Below are positions 27,513 through 36,945 of a stretch of 64,000 bases of DNA, one piece after another (the first letter of the stretch is position 1; each line of letters starts with the position of its first letter). A program made the translations under genes and the position numbers. Source of the DNA: Candidatus Parcubacteria bacterium (lineage in GTDB: Bacteria; Patescibacteriota; Minisyncoccia; Sungbacterales; SURF-37); contig QZJO01000013.1 in the NCBI GenBank assembly GCA_003599755.1, forward strand, positions 27,729-91,728, read 5' to 3'. The notes beneath the pieces are model-generated. The model did no database searches. It was not told the DNA's origin and was given only the letters and a program-made list of their open reading frames with translations.

Positions 27513-27836
27513 ATGCAGAATCAGCTGACTGACGTTCAGATGATCTCCTGGAACGATCTGCGGGCCCGGCTGCGGGAGGGCCTCGACAAGCTCCTCGCAG
27601 TGGTGCCCGAAGGCGATGCGCCGGAGTTGAAGCTGGGCTATCGCGACAGTGGGGGTTGGCTCCCGCTTCCGCCGGAGGCAGCCGATCCGCTCGTGCTGCT
27701 GCGCGAGTTCGTCGGGCCGGTCGTGACGCTATCGCGTCATCGGTCTCCCGCTCAAGTTCGCGCGCTTCTCCATCAAGGCGTCGGTCAATGCCTCATCGCC
27801 GAGGACCAGAGCTGGCATCAGGCCTACGTCGACTGA
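27513..27836 (+). CDS. Hypothetical small protein (107 aa)
   Basis: ORF with the same codon style as pyrF. No recognisable motif. Confidence 0.25.
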   Translation: MQNQLTDVQMISWNDLRARLREGLDKLLAVVPEGDAPELKLGYRDSGGWLPLPPEAADPLVLLREFVGPVVTLSRHRSPAQVRALLHQGVGQCLIAEDQSWHQAYVD

Positions 27837-27902
27837 AGCTTGCGCAGTTCCTTAAGGTTTCGGCCCGTCGCGCGAACGCGCGCGACGGGCTAACTCTTTT
27901 AA

Positions 27903-29873
27903 TTACCCGTCGCCAGTGCCCACAATTTCCTCGAGCGCTTCGTTGAGCAAAGATGCATAGAGATTCAAACCGACTTTATTCATGGTTCCGGATTGCTGTT
28001 TGCCGAGCACATTGCCCGCGCCGCGAATTTCCAGATCGCGCAATGCGAGCTGAAACCCCGCGCCAAGTTCCTGCGCTTCGCGCAATGCCTCAAGGCGCTG
28101 CTCGGCTTCGGCGGTCATGCCGCGCGTCGGGTAGAAAAAATACGCATAGGCCTGCTCGCCGCCTCGGCCGACGCGGCCGCGGATCTGATGCGCTTGCGCC
28201 AACCCGAGCCGCGCGGCATTGGCGACGATGAGCGTATTGGCATTGGGCATATCCAGTCCGTTTTCGATGATTGTGGTCGCGAGTAGGATATCGATTTCGC
28301 CCGCGCGAAAGGCATGCACGGTGCGCACCAGTTCCGTCTCGCGCATGCGGCCGTGGAGCACCGCGATGCGCGCACCCTTGGCCATGCGCTCGAGTCGCCG
28401 GCGTACGAGCTCGATGGAATTGATGCGGTTCCAAAGATAAAAAATCTGGCCGCCGCGTTTGCGCTCTGTGCGGATCGCTTCGGCAATCGCGCTCTGCGAG
28501 AAGGGCAGAATGAACGTCTGGATGGGGATGCGGCCGTGCGGCGGTTCGTGGATCGCGGAAAGGTCGCGGAATTTGGCGAGCGCCAGCGACAGCGTGCGGG
28601 GAATCGGCGTGGCCGAAAGCGAGAGAATATCCACGTTGGCGCGCAATTCCTTGAACCGTTCCTTCTGGCGGACGCCGAAGCGCTGTTCCTCGTCGATAAT
28701 AACGAGGCCGAGATCCTTGAATTGAATATCGCGGGACAATAAACGATGCGTGCCGATGACGATATCGGTCTGGCCGGTTCGGATGCGTTCGATTTCGTGC
28801 TTGATATCGCGCTTCGACGCCAGGCGCGTCAATTGTGCCACGGTAAGCGGAAGATTACCGAGTCGTTCGCGAAACGTCGCCGCATGCTGGTCGGCGAGCA
28901 CGGTCGTCGGCACCAAGAGCGCTACTTGTTTGCCGGTATATGCCACGCGGACCGCGGCGCGGATCGCGACTTCGGTCTTGCCGAATCCCACGTCGCCGAC
29001 GAGCAGCCGATCCATCGGCTTTCCGGCCGAAAGATCGCCGTGGATCTCGGCAATAGCGCGCTCTTGATCGCGGGTTGTGGCCCAGGGAAACGATGCGGCC
29101 AGCACGGCCTCGATCTCGGGAAAGCGGGGATACGGCGGACGCGTCGCTGCGGCACGACGCCGGTAGATCGCCGCCAATTCTTTGGCCATTGTTCGCGCAT
29201 CCTCGCGCGCCTTGCGTTTGGTGGTTTCCCACACCGTGCCGCCGAGGCGGTGCACGGTCGGCGTCTCGAATCCGACATAGCGTGCGATACGCTTGGATTG
29301 TTCGCGCGGAACCAGCAAGCGGTCAGGCATGGAACCGGCGCGCGGCGGCGCGTATTCCAGTTCGAAAAATTCATTGCCGGTTTCGCGCGCGGCAATCCCG
29401 CGAAATATTCCGATGCCGTGATCGATGTGTACGACAAAGTCGCCGGGCTTCAGTCCGGCGAGCCACAGTTTCTCGTATTCGTCGGCCGATGCCGCGCTCG
29501 GAGTTTTGAGAGGTTTGGGTTTTTCGGCAACCGGCAGCGGCAGAATGTTGAGTACGGTGTTCCCGGAAAATTCGATGCGGATCGGATGCTCGATGTTGAT
29601 CGGAAATACGTCCACGATGCCGCCGCGCGTGGCGAATTCGCCGGGGGCGGAAACCATGCCGACTTTGCCGTAGCCCATGTCGGCGAGTTTGCGCAGGAGC
29701 GGCGAGTAGGGAAGCGCGGCGTCGTGCTCCACGATCACGGTACGGTCGCGCCACCACGGATCCTGCCGCGCTTGCTTCCGTATTTCGTCGGCATGCTCTC
29801 GGAACCACAAAACGCCCCGTTCCAGAAAATAGGGGGTGATGCCGGCGATGAGGGTGGGTTCTTGGGCGGGCAT
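27903..29873 (-). CDS. mfd: Transcription-repair coupling factor, short form (RNAP-interacting and superfamily-2 translocase domains only)
   Basis: GDFVVHIDHGIGIFRGI (CarD/RID-like), GDVGFGKTEVA (Walker A), DEEQRFGV (motif II), SATPIPRTL and QIRGRVGRG (motif VI). At 656 aa (E. coli Mfd is about 1150) it lacks the UvrB-homology N-terminal domains and the C-terminal D7. Confidence 0.8.
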   Translation of the reverse strand: MPAQEPTLIAGITPYFLERGVLWFREHADEIRKQARQDPWWRDRTVIVEHDAALPYSPLLRKLADMGYGKVGMVSAPGEFATRGGIVDVFPINIEHPIRIEFSGNTVLNILPLPVAEKPKPLKTPSAASADEYEKLWLAGLKPGDFVVHIDHGIGIFRGIAARETGNEFFELEYAPPRAGSMPDRLLVPREQSKRIARYVGFETPTVHRLGGTVWETTKRKAREDARTMAKELAAIYRRRAAATRPPYPRFPEIEAVLAASFPWATTRDQERAIAEIHGDLSAGKPMDRLLVGDVGFGKTEVAIRAAVRVAYTGKQVALLVPTTVLADQHAATFRERLGNLPLTVAQLTRLASKRDIKHEIERIRTGQTDIVIGTHRLLSRDIQFKDLGLVIIDEEQRFGVRQKERFKELRANVDILSLSATPIPRTLSLALAKFRDLSAIHEPPHGRIPIQTFILPFSQSAIAEAIRTERKRGGQIFYLWNRINSIELVRRRLERMAKGARIAVLHGRMRETELVRTVHAFRAGEIDILLATTIIENGLDMPNANTLIVANAARLGLAQAHQIRGRVGRGGEQAYAYFFYPTRGMTAEAEQRLEALREAQELGAGFQLALRDLEIRGAGNVLGKQQSGTMNKVGLNLYASLLNEALEEIVGTGDG

Positions 29874-29892
29874 TACATATGGCGTGACTGAG

Positions 29893-30456
29893 TTAGGCGT
29901 TGTACTGGTTCATCGCGCGTTCGGGTCCCATATCCGTGATCGCTTCGATGGCGGCGATCGATTTTTTGACCATTGTTTTGGCAGTCGCTTCCTCATTGCC
30001 GCGGAATTTCTCGAGTACGAGCTTTTCGGCCGGAACGCGGCGCTTTTTCTGGATGCCGATGCGCATGCGCCAGAATTCGCGGGTTTTCAAGGCGCGGGCG
30101 ATCGCGTCAACGCCCTTGTGGCCGTTGGAGCTCTTATTAAAGGAAAGCTTGGTCGCGCCGAGCATAAGGTCAGCATCATCATGCAGCACCACGATCTGCT
30201 TCGGCTTCACTTTATAGAATTTGGCGGCGGGTCCGGCGGCATTGCCGCTTTTGTTCATGAATGTTTCGGGCAGCACGAATGCCGCTTTTTCTTTGCCGAT
30301 TTTTCCTTCCGCGACCAGGGCTTGGAGCTTCGCCGACGGCGCGGGTGCCGGAAATCCGAGCTTGCGGACAGCCGCGAGCAGGGTTTCGCGCCCAATATTA
30401 TGCCGGGTGCCGGCGCAATCCGGGCCAGGGTTGCCGAGTCCGATAAAGAGATACAT
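29893..30456 (-). CDS. pth: Peptidyl-tRNA hydrolase
   Basis: MYLFIGLGNPGPDCAGTRHNIGRE... Start set at Met 30456 (track ORF extends to 30522). Confidence 0.85.
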   Translation of the reverse strand: MYLFIGLGNPGPDCAGTRHNIGRETLLAAVRKLGFPAPAPSAKLQALVAEGKIGKEKAAFVLPETFMNKSGNAAGPAAKFYKVKPKQIVVLHDDADLMLGATKLSFNKSSNGHKGVDAIARALKTREFWRMRIGIQKKRRVPAEKLVLEKFRGNEEATAKTMVKKSIAAIEAITDMGPERAMNQYNA

Positions 30457-30585
30457 AGCCGGTAGTAGAACTTCGAATACTGAATGCGATTTCCACCGTG
30501 TATTTTCAGGTATTTTACCCAAGAGAGCCCGGTGTTCGAGTTATCGGGCCGCCGGCCCATTCGAGATTTCGCCCCCGGGTATACC
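30456..30585. repeat. Intergenic repeat family B, copy 2 (…AGCCGGTAGTAGAACTTCGAATA … TTCGAGATTTCGCCCCCGGGTATACC)
   Basis: Same termini as copy 1. Its left end abuts the pth start codon; it lies in the divergent pth/lepB region. Confidence 0.45.
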
Positions 30586-30648
30586 GGGCCAATTCTATCC
30601 CGCCCGCCGGCATTTGCCAAACGTCCAAAACTATACTAAAATCGTCCC

Positions 30649-31251
30649 ATGTCATTTGATTCCGCGCTTCCGCCGCGCCGATCCGAACCTACGCCGGAAC
30701 CCAAATTCGCTTCAACGCTCCGCCGGACGATCGGCGAGTTTTTACGCTTGGCCGTGATCGCGGCCGCCATCGCACTGCCGATCCGCTACTTCATTGCGCA
30801 GCCGTTCGTGGTGGATGGCGCATCCATGAGCCCAAACTTCATCGATGGCCAGTATTTGGTCGTGGATGAATTGACGTACTTTCTGCGGCCGCCGGAACGG
30901 GGCGAGGTCGTCGTGTTCCGCTATCCGCGGAATCCCCAGACGCATTTTATCAAGCGCATCATCGGCCTGCCGGGCGAAACCGTCGAAATCCGCGAAGGCG
31001 ACGTCTACATTGCGAACGCCGAATATCCGGACGGATTCAAGCTCGAAGAGTCGTATCTGCCCGAAGACGTCCACATTCCCGGCGCGTTCAAGTTCGTGCT
31101 CGGACCCGAGGAATACGTCGTGCTCGGCGATAACCGGGCCGAGAGTTCGGATTCGCGCTACTGGGGAACGCTCGAACGCCGCCTGATCACCGGCCGCGCG
31201 ATCTTCCGCGCCTGGCCGCCGACTGATTTCGGACCCATTGTGCAGCCCTAA
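30649..31251 (+). CDS. lepB: Signal peptidase I
   Basis: VVDGASMSPNF (catalytic Ser box), GLPGETVEI, VLGDNRAESSDSRYWG. 200 aa. Confidence 0.85.
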   Translation: MSFDSALPPRRSEPTPEPKFASTLRRTIGEFLRLAVIAAAIALPIRYFIAQPFVVDGASMSPNFIDGQYLVVDELTYFLRPPERGEVVVFRYPRNPQTHFIKRIIGLPGETVEIREGDVYIANAEYPDGFKLEESYLPEDVHIPGAFKFVLGPEEYVVLGDNRAESSDSRYWGTLERRLITGRAIFRAWPPTDFGPIVQP

Positions 31252-31284
31252 GACCGCATGGCACGACCCAAAGACAAACCAAAA

Positions 31285-32655
31285 ATGATCCAGCGGCCGC
31301 GCGGCACGCATGATGTTTTGCCGCCGGAGCAACCGATATGGGAAGCGGTCCGGAAAACTATTCGCGAACTTTCCCGTTTCTACGGATTCGAGCGCATCGA
31401 GACGCCGCATTTTGAGATGACGGATCTGTTCACCACGGGCGTCGGCGAAGCGACTGATATCGTGACCAAACAGATGTATTCGTTCAAGACCCGCGGCGGC
31501 GATCAATTGACGCTGCGGCCCGAAGGTACCGCGCCGGTGGCGCGCGCATTTATTGAACACGGCATGATGAACTGGCCGCAGCCGATCAAAGTGTTTTATG
31601 ACGGTTCGTTTTTCCGCCACGAGAACCCGCAGCGCGGCCGATACCGCGAGTTCCACCAGTGGGGACTCGAGGTGCTCGGCGATGACGGAGCGGTAGCGGA
31701 CGCTGAGGTGATCCACGTTTTCACGTTGTTTCTCCGCGAGTGGGGCTTTAAGGATTTCATCGTCGAGGTCAATTCCATCGGCTGCCCGGCATGCCGCGCG
31801 CCGTTCCGCGCGCAGCTTACGCAGTATTACCGGTCCAAGGTTCGGGGGCTTTGCAAGGATTGCAAAGAGCGGTTCAAGGAAAATCCGTTGCGCCTTCTGG
31901 ACTGCACCGAAGAAAAGTGCATGCAGGTCAAGAAAGGCGCGCCGCAGCTTTTGGATAAGCTTTGCGAAGCGTGCCGATCGCACTTCAAATTGCTCCTGGA
32001 ATTCTTGGAAGAGCTGCAGATTCCCTACGCATTGAATCCGCACCTCGTGCGCGGACTCGATTATTATACGCGCACGGTATTCGAGGCCTATGTCGACGAA
32101 CCGATCAAGCCCTCGGCCGAGCCGATTAGTCCCGAAGCGGTCGTCCCGGAAGAAAAATCGGCGGACGAAGAGGCGCCCGCGCCGGTCGAGGCACCGAAGC
32201 TCGAGGACAAATCGCCGCGCCGACTTGCCGTATTCGGAGGCGGCCGCTATGATAACCTCGTTGAATTGGTCGGCGGCAAGTCGACGCCCGCCTGCGGCGG
32301 TGCGCTCGGCTTGGAACGGTTCATCGCGCTCGTGCGCGAGGCGGGCAGGGCGCCGGCCGAAGAAAAGCCGAATGTGTTCTTGGTGCAGCTCGGCGAACTT
32401 GCCAGGAAAAAAAGTTTTCGGATCATGGAGGAGCTCCGCGCCGCGGGCATCACCATGGCCGAATCGCTGGGGCGCGACTCGATTCGTTCGCAACTCAAAG
32501 TCGGTGATCGCGTCGGGGCGCTGTACGCCCTGATTATCGGCCAGAAAGAGGCGCTCGATGAAATGGTGATTCTTCGGGAGATGTCGTCGGGTATCCAGGA
32601 AACCATCCCGCGAAGCCGGCTGGTCGATACCTTGAAACGGAAGCTCAAGACCTAG
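31285..32655 (+). CDS. hisS: Histidine--tRNA ligase with a Cys-rich (4x CxxC) insertion
   Basis: MIQRPRGTHDVLP, motif 2 region LTLRPEGTAPVARAF, and C-terminal anticodon-binding domain. Insertion CPACRAPF…CKDCKERF…CTEEKC…CEACRSHF. The track ORF begins at 31258; the conserved start is MIQRPRGT at 31285. Confidence 0.85.
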   Translation: MIQRPRGTHDVLPPEQPIWEAVRKTIRELSRFYGFERIETPHFEMTDLFTTGVGEATDIVTKQMYSFKTRGGDQLTLRPEGTAPVARAFIEHGMMNWPQPIKVFYDGSFFRHENPQRGRYREFHQWGLEVLGDDGAVADAEVIHVFTLFLREWGFKDFIVEVNSIGCPACRAPFRAQLTQYYRSKVRGLCKDCKERFKENPLRLLDCTEEKCMQVKKGAPQLLDKLCEACRSHFKLLLEFLEELQIPYALNPHLVRGLDYYTRTVFEAYVDEPIKPSAEPISPEAVVPEEKSADEEAPAPVEAPKLEDKSPRRLAVFGGGRYDNLVELVGGKSTPACGGALGLERFIALVREAGRAPAEEKPNVFLVQLGELARKKSFRIMEELRAAGITMAESLGRDSIRSQLKVGDRVGALYALIIGQKEALDEMVILREMSSGIQETIPRSRLVDTLKRKLKT

Positions 32656-32662
32656 GTATGGA

Positions 32663-32775
32663 TCCCGTTAGAGACCGCGGTCGCGGTATATAAATTATGC
32701 GGATGCTGAGAATAGTAATTACTCAGGGTAATCGACGGGCGGGAAACTGTGCGACCGCGCCCTGTCTCTAACGGG
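32663..32775. mobile_element. 113-bp MITE-like palindromic element, copy 1 (TIR CCCGTTAGAGACCGCGGTCGC…GCGACCGCGCCCTGTCTCTAACGGG), flanked by 5-bp direct repeat ATGGA
   Basis: Inserted between the hisS stop and the HIT start codon. Left flank ATGGA|T, right flank ATGGA|C (the HIT ATG). Same length and termini as copies at 57811..57923 and 60054..60166. Confidence 0.7.
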
Positions 32776-33132
32776 ATGGACTGCGTATTCTGCAAAATCG
32801 CGCGCAAAGAAGTGCCGACCGAGGTCGTGGCTGAGGATGCCCAGATTCTGGCCTTCCCCGATCATAAACCCAAGGCCCCGGTTCATATTCTCGTCATCCC
32901 GAAAGAGCACATTCAGTCAATCGCGCATCTGGAAGCGAATCATAACGATGTGATCGCGAAGCTCATCTATACCGCCAAGCACGTCGCCGCCGAAAAAGGA
33001 CTGAAAGGATACAAGCTCGCGTTCAACGTCGGGCGCGCGGGCGGGCAGCTCGTCGATCACCTCCATCTGCACCTCTTGGGCGGATGGGACAAGCCCGAAG
33101 ATTGGAAAAAAGGATTTTTAGGAGATTTGTAA
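32776..33132 (+). CDS. HIT-family (histidine triad) nucleotide hydrolase
   Basis: MDCVFCKIARKEVP…HLHLHLLGG (HxHxHxx triad). Start at ATG 32776, regenerated by the element's target duplication. Confidence 0.85.
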   Translation: MDCVFCKIARKEVPTEVVAEDAQILAFPDHKPKAPVHILVIPKEHIQSIAHLEANHNDVIAKLIYTAKHVAAEKGLKGYKLAFNVGRAGGQLVDHLHLHLLGGWDKPEDWKKGFLGDL

Positions 33133-33147
33133 TCACATATTCATCGC

Positions 33148-33375
33148 ATGGTCTACGTCAAACGAAAAGAACGCGAAACGACCGCCTCAATGCTTCGTCG
33201 CTTCACGCGGCGCGTGCAGCAATCGGGCGTGCTGTTGCGCGCGCGCAAGGGTCGCTTCTTCGTGCCCAAGCCCAGCCGCCGCGCCGTGCGCGAGCGGGCG
33301 TTGCGCCGCATCCAAGTTCAAAAGGAGCGCACGAAGCTCGTGAAGCTCGGCAAATTGCATGAACTCGACCGCTAG
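33148..33375 (+). CDS. rpsU: 30S ribosomal protein S21
   Basis: MVYVKRKERETTASMLRRFTRRVQQSGVLLRARKGRFFVPKPSRRAVRER… 75-aa basic protein with the bS21 pattern. Confidence 0.8.
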   Translation: MVYVKRKERETTASMLRRFTRRVQQSGVLLRARKGRFFVPKPSRRAVRERALRRIQVQKERTKLVKLGKLHELDR

Positions 33376-33384
33376 TCCGTTCTC

Positions 33385-33846
33385 ATGCTCGCCGATACCG
33401 TTGCCGCCCAATTGAAAGAAGCAATGGTGGCGCGGGATGAACTCCGCGTCTCGACCCTGCGCATGCTGCAGGCCGCTTTGCAAAATCGCGAAATCACCGA
33501 GCGGGGCAAGGGGAGTGCAAGCCCGCTTACCGATGCCCAGGTCACGGCAGTGGTCCGCGCGGAACTCAAAAAGCGGCGCGACGCCATCGAAGCGTATCGC
33601 GCCGCGGGCCGGGTTGATGCCGCGGCGCGGGAAGAAGCCGAAGCGGGGGTGCTCGCTGTGCTCTTGCCGCCCGAACTTTCCGATGCCGAGCTCGATGCGC
33701 TTGTGGCCGAAGGCGTTCTTGCGACCGGCGCGGCAAGCGAGCGCGATTTTGGTAAACTGATGGGGTGGCTCCGCGGACGGGTGGACGGCAAGGCATCGGG
33801 CGAGCGAGTCGCCGCGGCAGCCAAACGGAAGTTAGGAGTTGCATGA
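33385..33846 (+). CDS. yqeY: GatB/YqeY-domain protein
   Basis: LKEAMVARDELRVSTLRMLQAALQNREI… is the YqeY family. The rpsU-yqeY arrangement is common. Confidence 0.75.
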   Translation: MLADTVAAQLKEAMVARDELRVSTLRMLQAALQNREITERGKGSASPLTDAQVTAVVRAELKKRRDAIEAYRAAGRVDAAAREEAEAGVLAVLLPPELSDAELDALVAEGVLATGAASERDFGKLMGWLRGRVDGKASGERVAAAAKRKLGVA

Positions 33847-34274
33847 TCGTAACGGTCGCAAATCGGACTGCGGCGCGCGTGTCCCGCGCTGAAGTCGCGC
33901 GCATCATCGAACGAACGTTCCGGATACTGCGCCGCCAGGGCTTTGGCATCGAGCAGGGATATGCCGTATCCGTGGCCTTCGTGGGCCAGCGCGAGGCCAA
34001 AGCCATTGCCAGCCGATTTTTAAAAAAACGCCACGCCGCCAACGTCCTTTCCTTCGACTATGGCCCGGCGGGGGAGCTCGTTCTCAACCCGGACGCTATT
34101 CGGCGCTCGATTCCGGCATTGGGGGCCTCATTTTCCGAGGCTTTGCGCCGGCTCCTCATCCACGGGGCCGTGCATTTGGCGGGCGTGCATCATGAGCGTT
34201 CCCGGCGGGAGGCCCGCGCGGCGGAACGATTAGAAGCGGATATCGAACGAGCGCTCCGCGTCCGGCGGCGCTGA
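33843..34274 (+). CDS. ybeY: Endoribonuclease YbeY (16S rRNA maturation)
   Basis: HGAVHLAGVHH (HxxxHxxGxxH zinc motif). Start ATG 33843 overlaps the yqeY stop. Confidence 0.8.
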   Translation: MIVTVANRTAARVSRAEVARIIERTFRILRRQGFGIEQGYAVSVAFVGQREAKAIASRFLKKRHAANVLSFDYGPAGELVLNPDAIRRSIPALGASFSEALRRLLIHGAVHLAGVHHERSRREARAAERLEADIERALRVRRR

Positions 34275-34284
34275 ATAAAAACCT

Positions 34285-35508
34285 GTGCGCGATGTTTCCA
34301 TAGGCATTGATATCGGTACGACCGCAGTGACGACTGCGGTCGTCGAACGCATGGCCGACGGAACCATTGCGGTGCGCGGCATCGGCCGCGCGCCGAGCGC
34401 CGGCTTGCGCCGCGGCATGATCGTGGATGTGGATGCGACCGCGCAATCAATCCGCCGTTCGGTGCTTGAGGCGTCCAAGGCCTCGGGCGCGACGATTCGC
34501 GCCGCGGTAGTCGGCATCGGCGGGACGCATCTGGGAAGCTTTACGACGCGCGGCGCGGTTGCCGTGACGCGTACGGACGGGGAAATCACCGAGCAAGATG
34601 CGACGCGCGCGCTCGCGGCCGCCGAAGGATTCATTTCGAAAAATCCCAATCGCGAGATCGTGCATGTTATCCCGCGTGAATTTCGCGTGGACGGACAGGG
34701 CGGCGTCATGGATCCGGTGGGTTTGGTCGGCATGAAGCTTGAAGTGGAAGCGCTCGTTATCGATGGTGCGCGGCCCGCGCTGCAAAATATCGTGAAGGCC
34801 TGCGAGCTTGCCGGCATTGAAGTGCGCGATTGGGTCGCCAACGTCGTGGCCGCGTCGTCGGTGCTTTTGAATGATCAGCAGCGGGAACTCGGCGCGATGC
34901 TCTTGGACTTGGGCGCGGGCACCACGGATTTTGCGATCTTTGAGGAAGGGCGACTCCTGGACGCGGGCGTCATTCCGATCGGCGGCACACACATCACTGC
35001 CGACATCGCGATCGGCCTTCGAACCAACATCGCGGCCGCGGAACAGATCAAGCTGCGTTACGCGTCGGCATTGCCCGATCCGCGCGCGACGCGGCGCGAT
35101 ACCATCGCACTCGGAGATTTCGTGCGCGGCGACAGTTCGGTCTTCGCGGTCCGCGACCTCGTCGATATTATCGGCGCGCGGCTTACCGATGTGTTCGAAC
35201 TTGCGACCAAAGCGATGAAACGCGTCGGCCGCGCGGGCCTCTTGCCCGGCGGCATCGTGCTCGTCGGAGGCGCGGCCTCCATTCCGGCGATTCAGGAACT
35301 CGCGCGCCGGGAGCTCCGTTTACCGGTCGAGACCGCGACCGAACTTTCCATCGAGGGCATGCCGCTTGATGCGCCGACCGAATTTGCGGTATCCATCGGC
35401 CTCGCACTGTGGGAAGGTCGGGGACTGCGGTTCGCCCCCCGGCACGCCAATCGTTTCGGCAGCATTTGGGAAGGAATCAAGCGCGTATTGCGCACATTCG
35501 TGCCCTAG
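34285..35508 (+). CDS. ftsA: Cell division protein FtsA
   Basis: IGIDIGTTAVTTAVV… actin-like ATPase; DLGAGTTDFAIF; LVGGAASIPAIQELARR. Confidence 0.9.
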   Translation: MRDVSIGIDIGTTAVTTAVVERMADGTIAVRGIGRAPSAGLRRGMIVDVDATAQSIRRSVLEASKASGATIRAAVVGIGGTHLGSFTTRGAVAVTRTDGEITEQDATRALAAAEGFISKNPNREIVHVIPREFRVDGQGGVMDPVGLVGMKLEVEALVIDGARPALQNIVKACELAGIEVRDWVANVVAASSVLLNDQQRELGAMLLDLGAGTTDFAIFEEGRLLDAGVIPIGGTHITADIAIGLRTNIAAAEQIKLRYASALPDPRATRRDTIALGDFVRGDSSVFAVRDLVDIIGARLTDVFELATKAMKRVGRAGLLPGGIVLVGGAASIPAIQELARRELRLPVETATELSIEGMPLDAPTEFAVSIGLALWEGRGLRFAPRHANRFGSIWEGIKRVLRTFVP

Positions 35509-35532
35509 TTCCGGCCATCGGCTGGACTTGTC

Positions 35533-35600
35533 GCCGGCGGTAGTACTCGAACACACCCGGAGCAATTATCAAGTTTACGAATCGCCGGCTTTTTGCTACG
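35533..35600. repeat. Degenerate copy of intergenic repeat family B (GCCGGCGGTAGTACTCGAACA…) in the ftsA-ftsZ spacer
   Basis: The left end matches the CCGGTAGTAGAACTTCGAA consensus at 15/19 positions. The right end is not clearly defined. Confidence 0.25.
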
Positions 35601-35632
35601 GCTCGTATAGGAATTTATAATCGTCCGGTTCA

Positions 35633-36802
35633 ATGGGCGGCGGCATGATGCTGCCGCCGTATCCCGCTTTTCTCGAAAACGCATTCGCTGTGCCACACCT
35701 CAAACCAGAACTCGAAACGTTTGCGCGCATCAAAGTCGTTGGCGTCGGAGGATCCGGCAACCACGCCGTAACGCGCATGGTGGAGAAGAAAATTCACGGC
35801 GTTGATTTTATTGTTATTAATTCCGACGCCCAGGATCTTCATCAGGCCAAGGCGCAGCACAAGATCCATATCGGTAAAAATCTGACCAAAGGCCTCGGCG
35901 CGGGGATGAATCCGGAAATCGGGCGCCAGGCGGCCGAAGAGAATCGTGACGACATCCACGAAGCGATCAAGGGCGCGGACATGGTGTTCGTGACCTGCGG
36001 CTTGGGCGGCGGCACCGGCACCGGGGCCGCACCGATCGTCGCCGAAGTTGCGAAAGAATCGGGCGCGCTGACGGTCGGCGTCGTGACGAAACCGTTTTCG
36101 TTCGAAGGATTGCAGCGCACGCGCATCGCCGAAGAGGGTTGGGCGAAATTGCGCGACCGCGTGGACGCGCTCATCACGATCTCGAACGATCGGCTCTTGA
36201 ATCTCGTCGACAAGGCGACTTCGCTCCTCTCGGCATTCCAGGTCTGCGATGACGTGCTACGCCAAGCGGTGCAGGGCATCTCCGATCTCATCACGCTGCC
36301 GGGCTTGATCAACGTGGACTTCGCAGACGTGCGCGCGGTGATGCAGGATACCGGTTCCGCATTGATGGGCGTGGGCTTGGCGACCGGCGATGACCGCGCG
36401 GTGCAGGCCGCGCGCGCCGCGGTTAGCTCGCCGCTTTTGGATATTTCTATTGATGGCGCGCACGGTGTGCTCTTCAACGTCTCGGGCGGTTCGGACATGA
36501 CCATGTGGGAGATCAACGAGGCGGCCAAAGTCATTACCGAATCCATTGATAAGGAAGCAAAACTCATTTTCGGCGCGGTCCACGACGAACGGCTGAAGAA
36601 AGGCGAGCTCAAAATCACCGTGATTGCGACCGGATTCGGGACGCCGGTGCCCAAACCCGTGCCCGAATTGAAAAAAGCGGTCACGCCGCCGCCCGCCCTT
36701 GAGCGCGCCAAACCCGCGGTGCCGACGGCAACACCCGTGACCCGCGATGCCGAAGAAGAGGAGTGGGGAGCGGTGCCCGCGTTTCTTCGCCGCCGCAAGT
36801 AG
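35633..36802 (+). CDS. ftsZ: Cell division GTPase FtsZ
   Basis: [18 protein letters not shown]…[19 protein letters not shown] (tubulin signature)…[11 protein letters not shown]. Confidence 0.9.
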   Translation: MGGGMMLPPYPAFLENAFAVPHLKPELETFARIKVVGVGGSGNHAVTRMVEKKIHGVDFIVINSDAQDLHQAKAQHKIHIGKNLTKGLGAGMNPEIGRQAAEENRDDIHEAIKGADMVFVTCGLGGGTGTGAAPIVAEVAKESGALTVGVVTKPFSFEGLQRTRIAEEGWAKLRDRVDALITISNDRLLNLVDKATSLLSAFQVCDDVLRQAVQGISDLITLPGLINVDFADVRAVMQDTGSALMGVGLATGDDRAVQAARAAVSSPLLDISIDGAHGVLFNVSGGSDMTMWEINEAAKVITESIDKEAKLIFGAVHDERLKKGELKITVIATGFGTPVPKPVPELKKAVTPPPALERAKPAVPTATPVTRDAEEEEWGAVPAFLRRRK

Positions 36803-36905
36803 CGCTCGGCTCCGCGGCCGCCAGCCGAGCCCGATGGGCCAGTTCGGCAGGCCGTCAACGGAGCGGGCGAAATTTTCCGAAAAATTCTCTTCGCGCCTTC
36901 CTTCA

Positions 36906-36945
36906 GGCGACGGCTCATGAGCCGTCGCCTGATTCGTTTGTCTTG
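36906..36945 (+). terminator. Perfect 24-bp palindrome GGCGACGGCTCATGAGCCGTCGCC followed by a T-rich tract; likely ftsZ terminator
   Basis: 10-bp GC-rich stem with loop CATG, then TGATTCGTTTGTCTTG, about 100 nt after the ftsZ stop and 200 nt before nrdJ. Confidence 0.5.
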
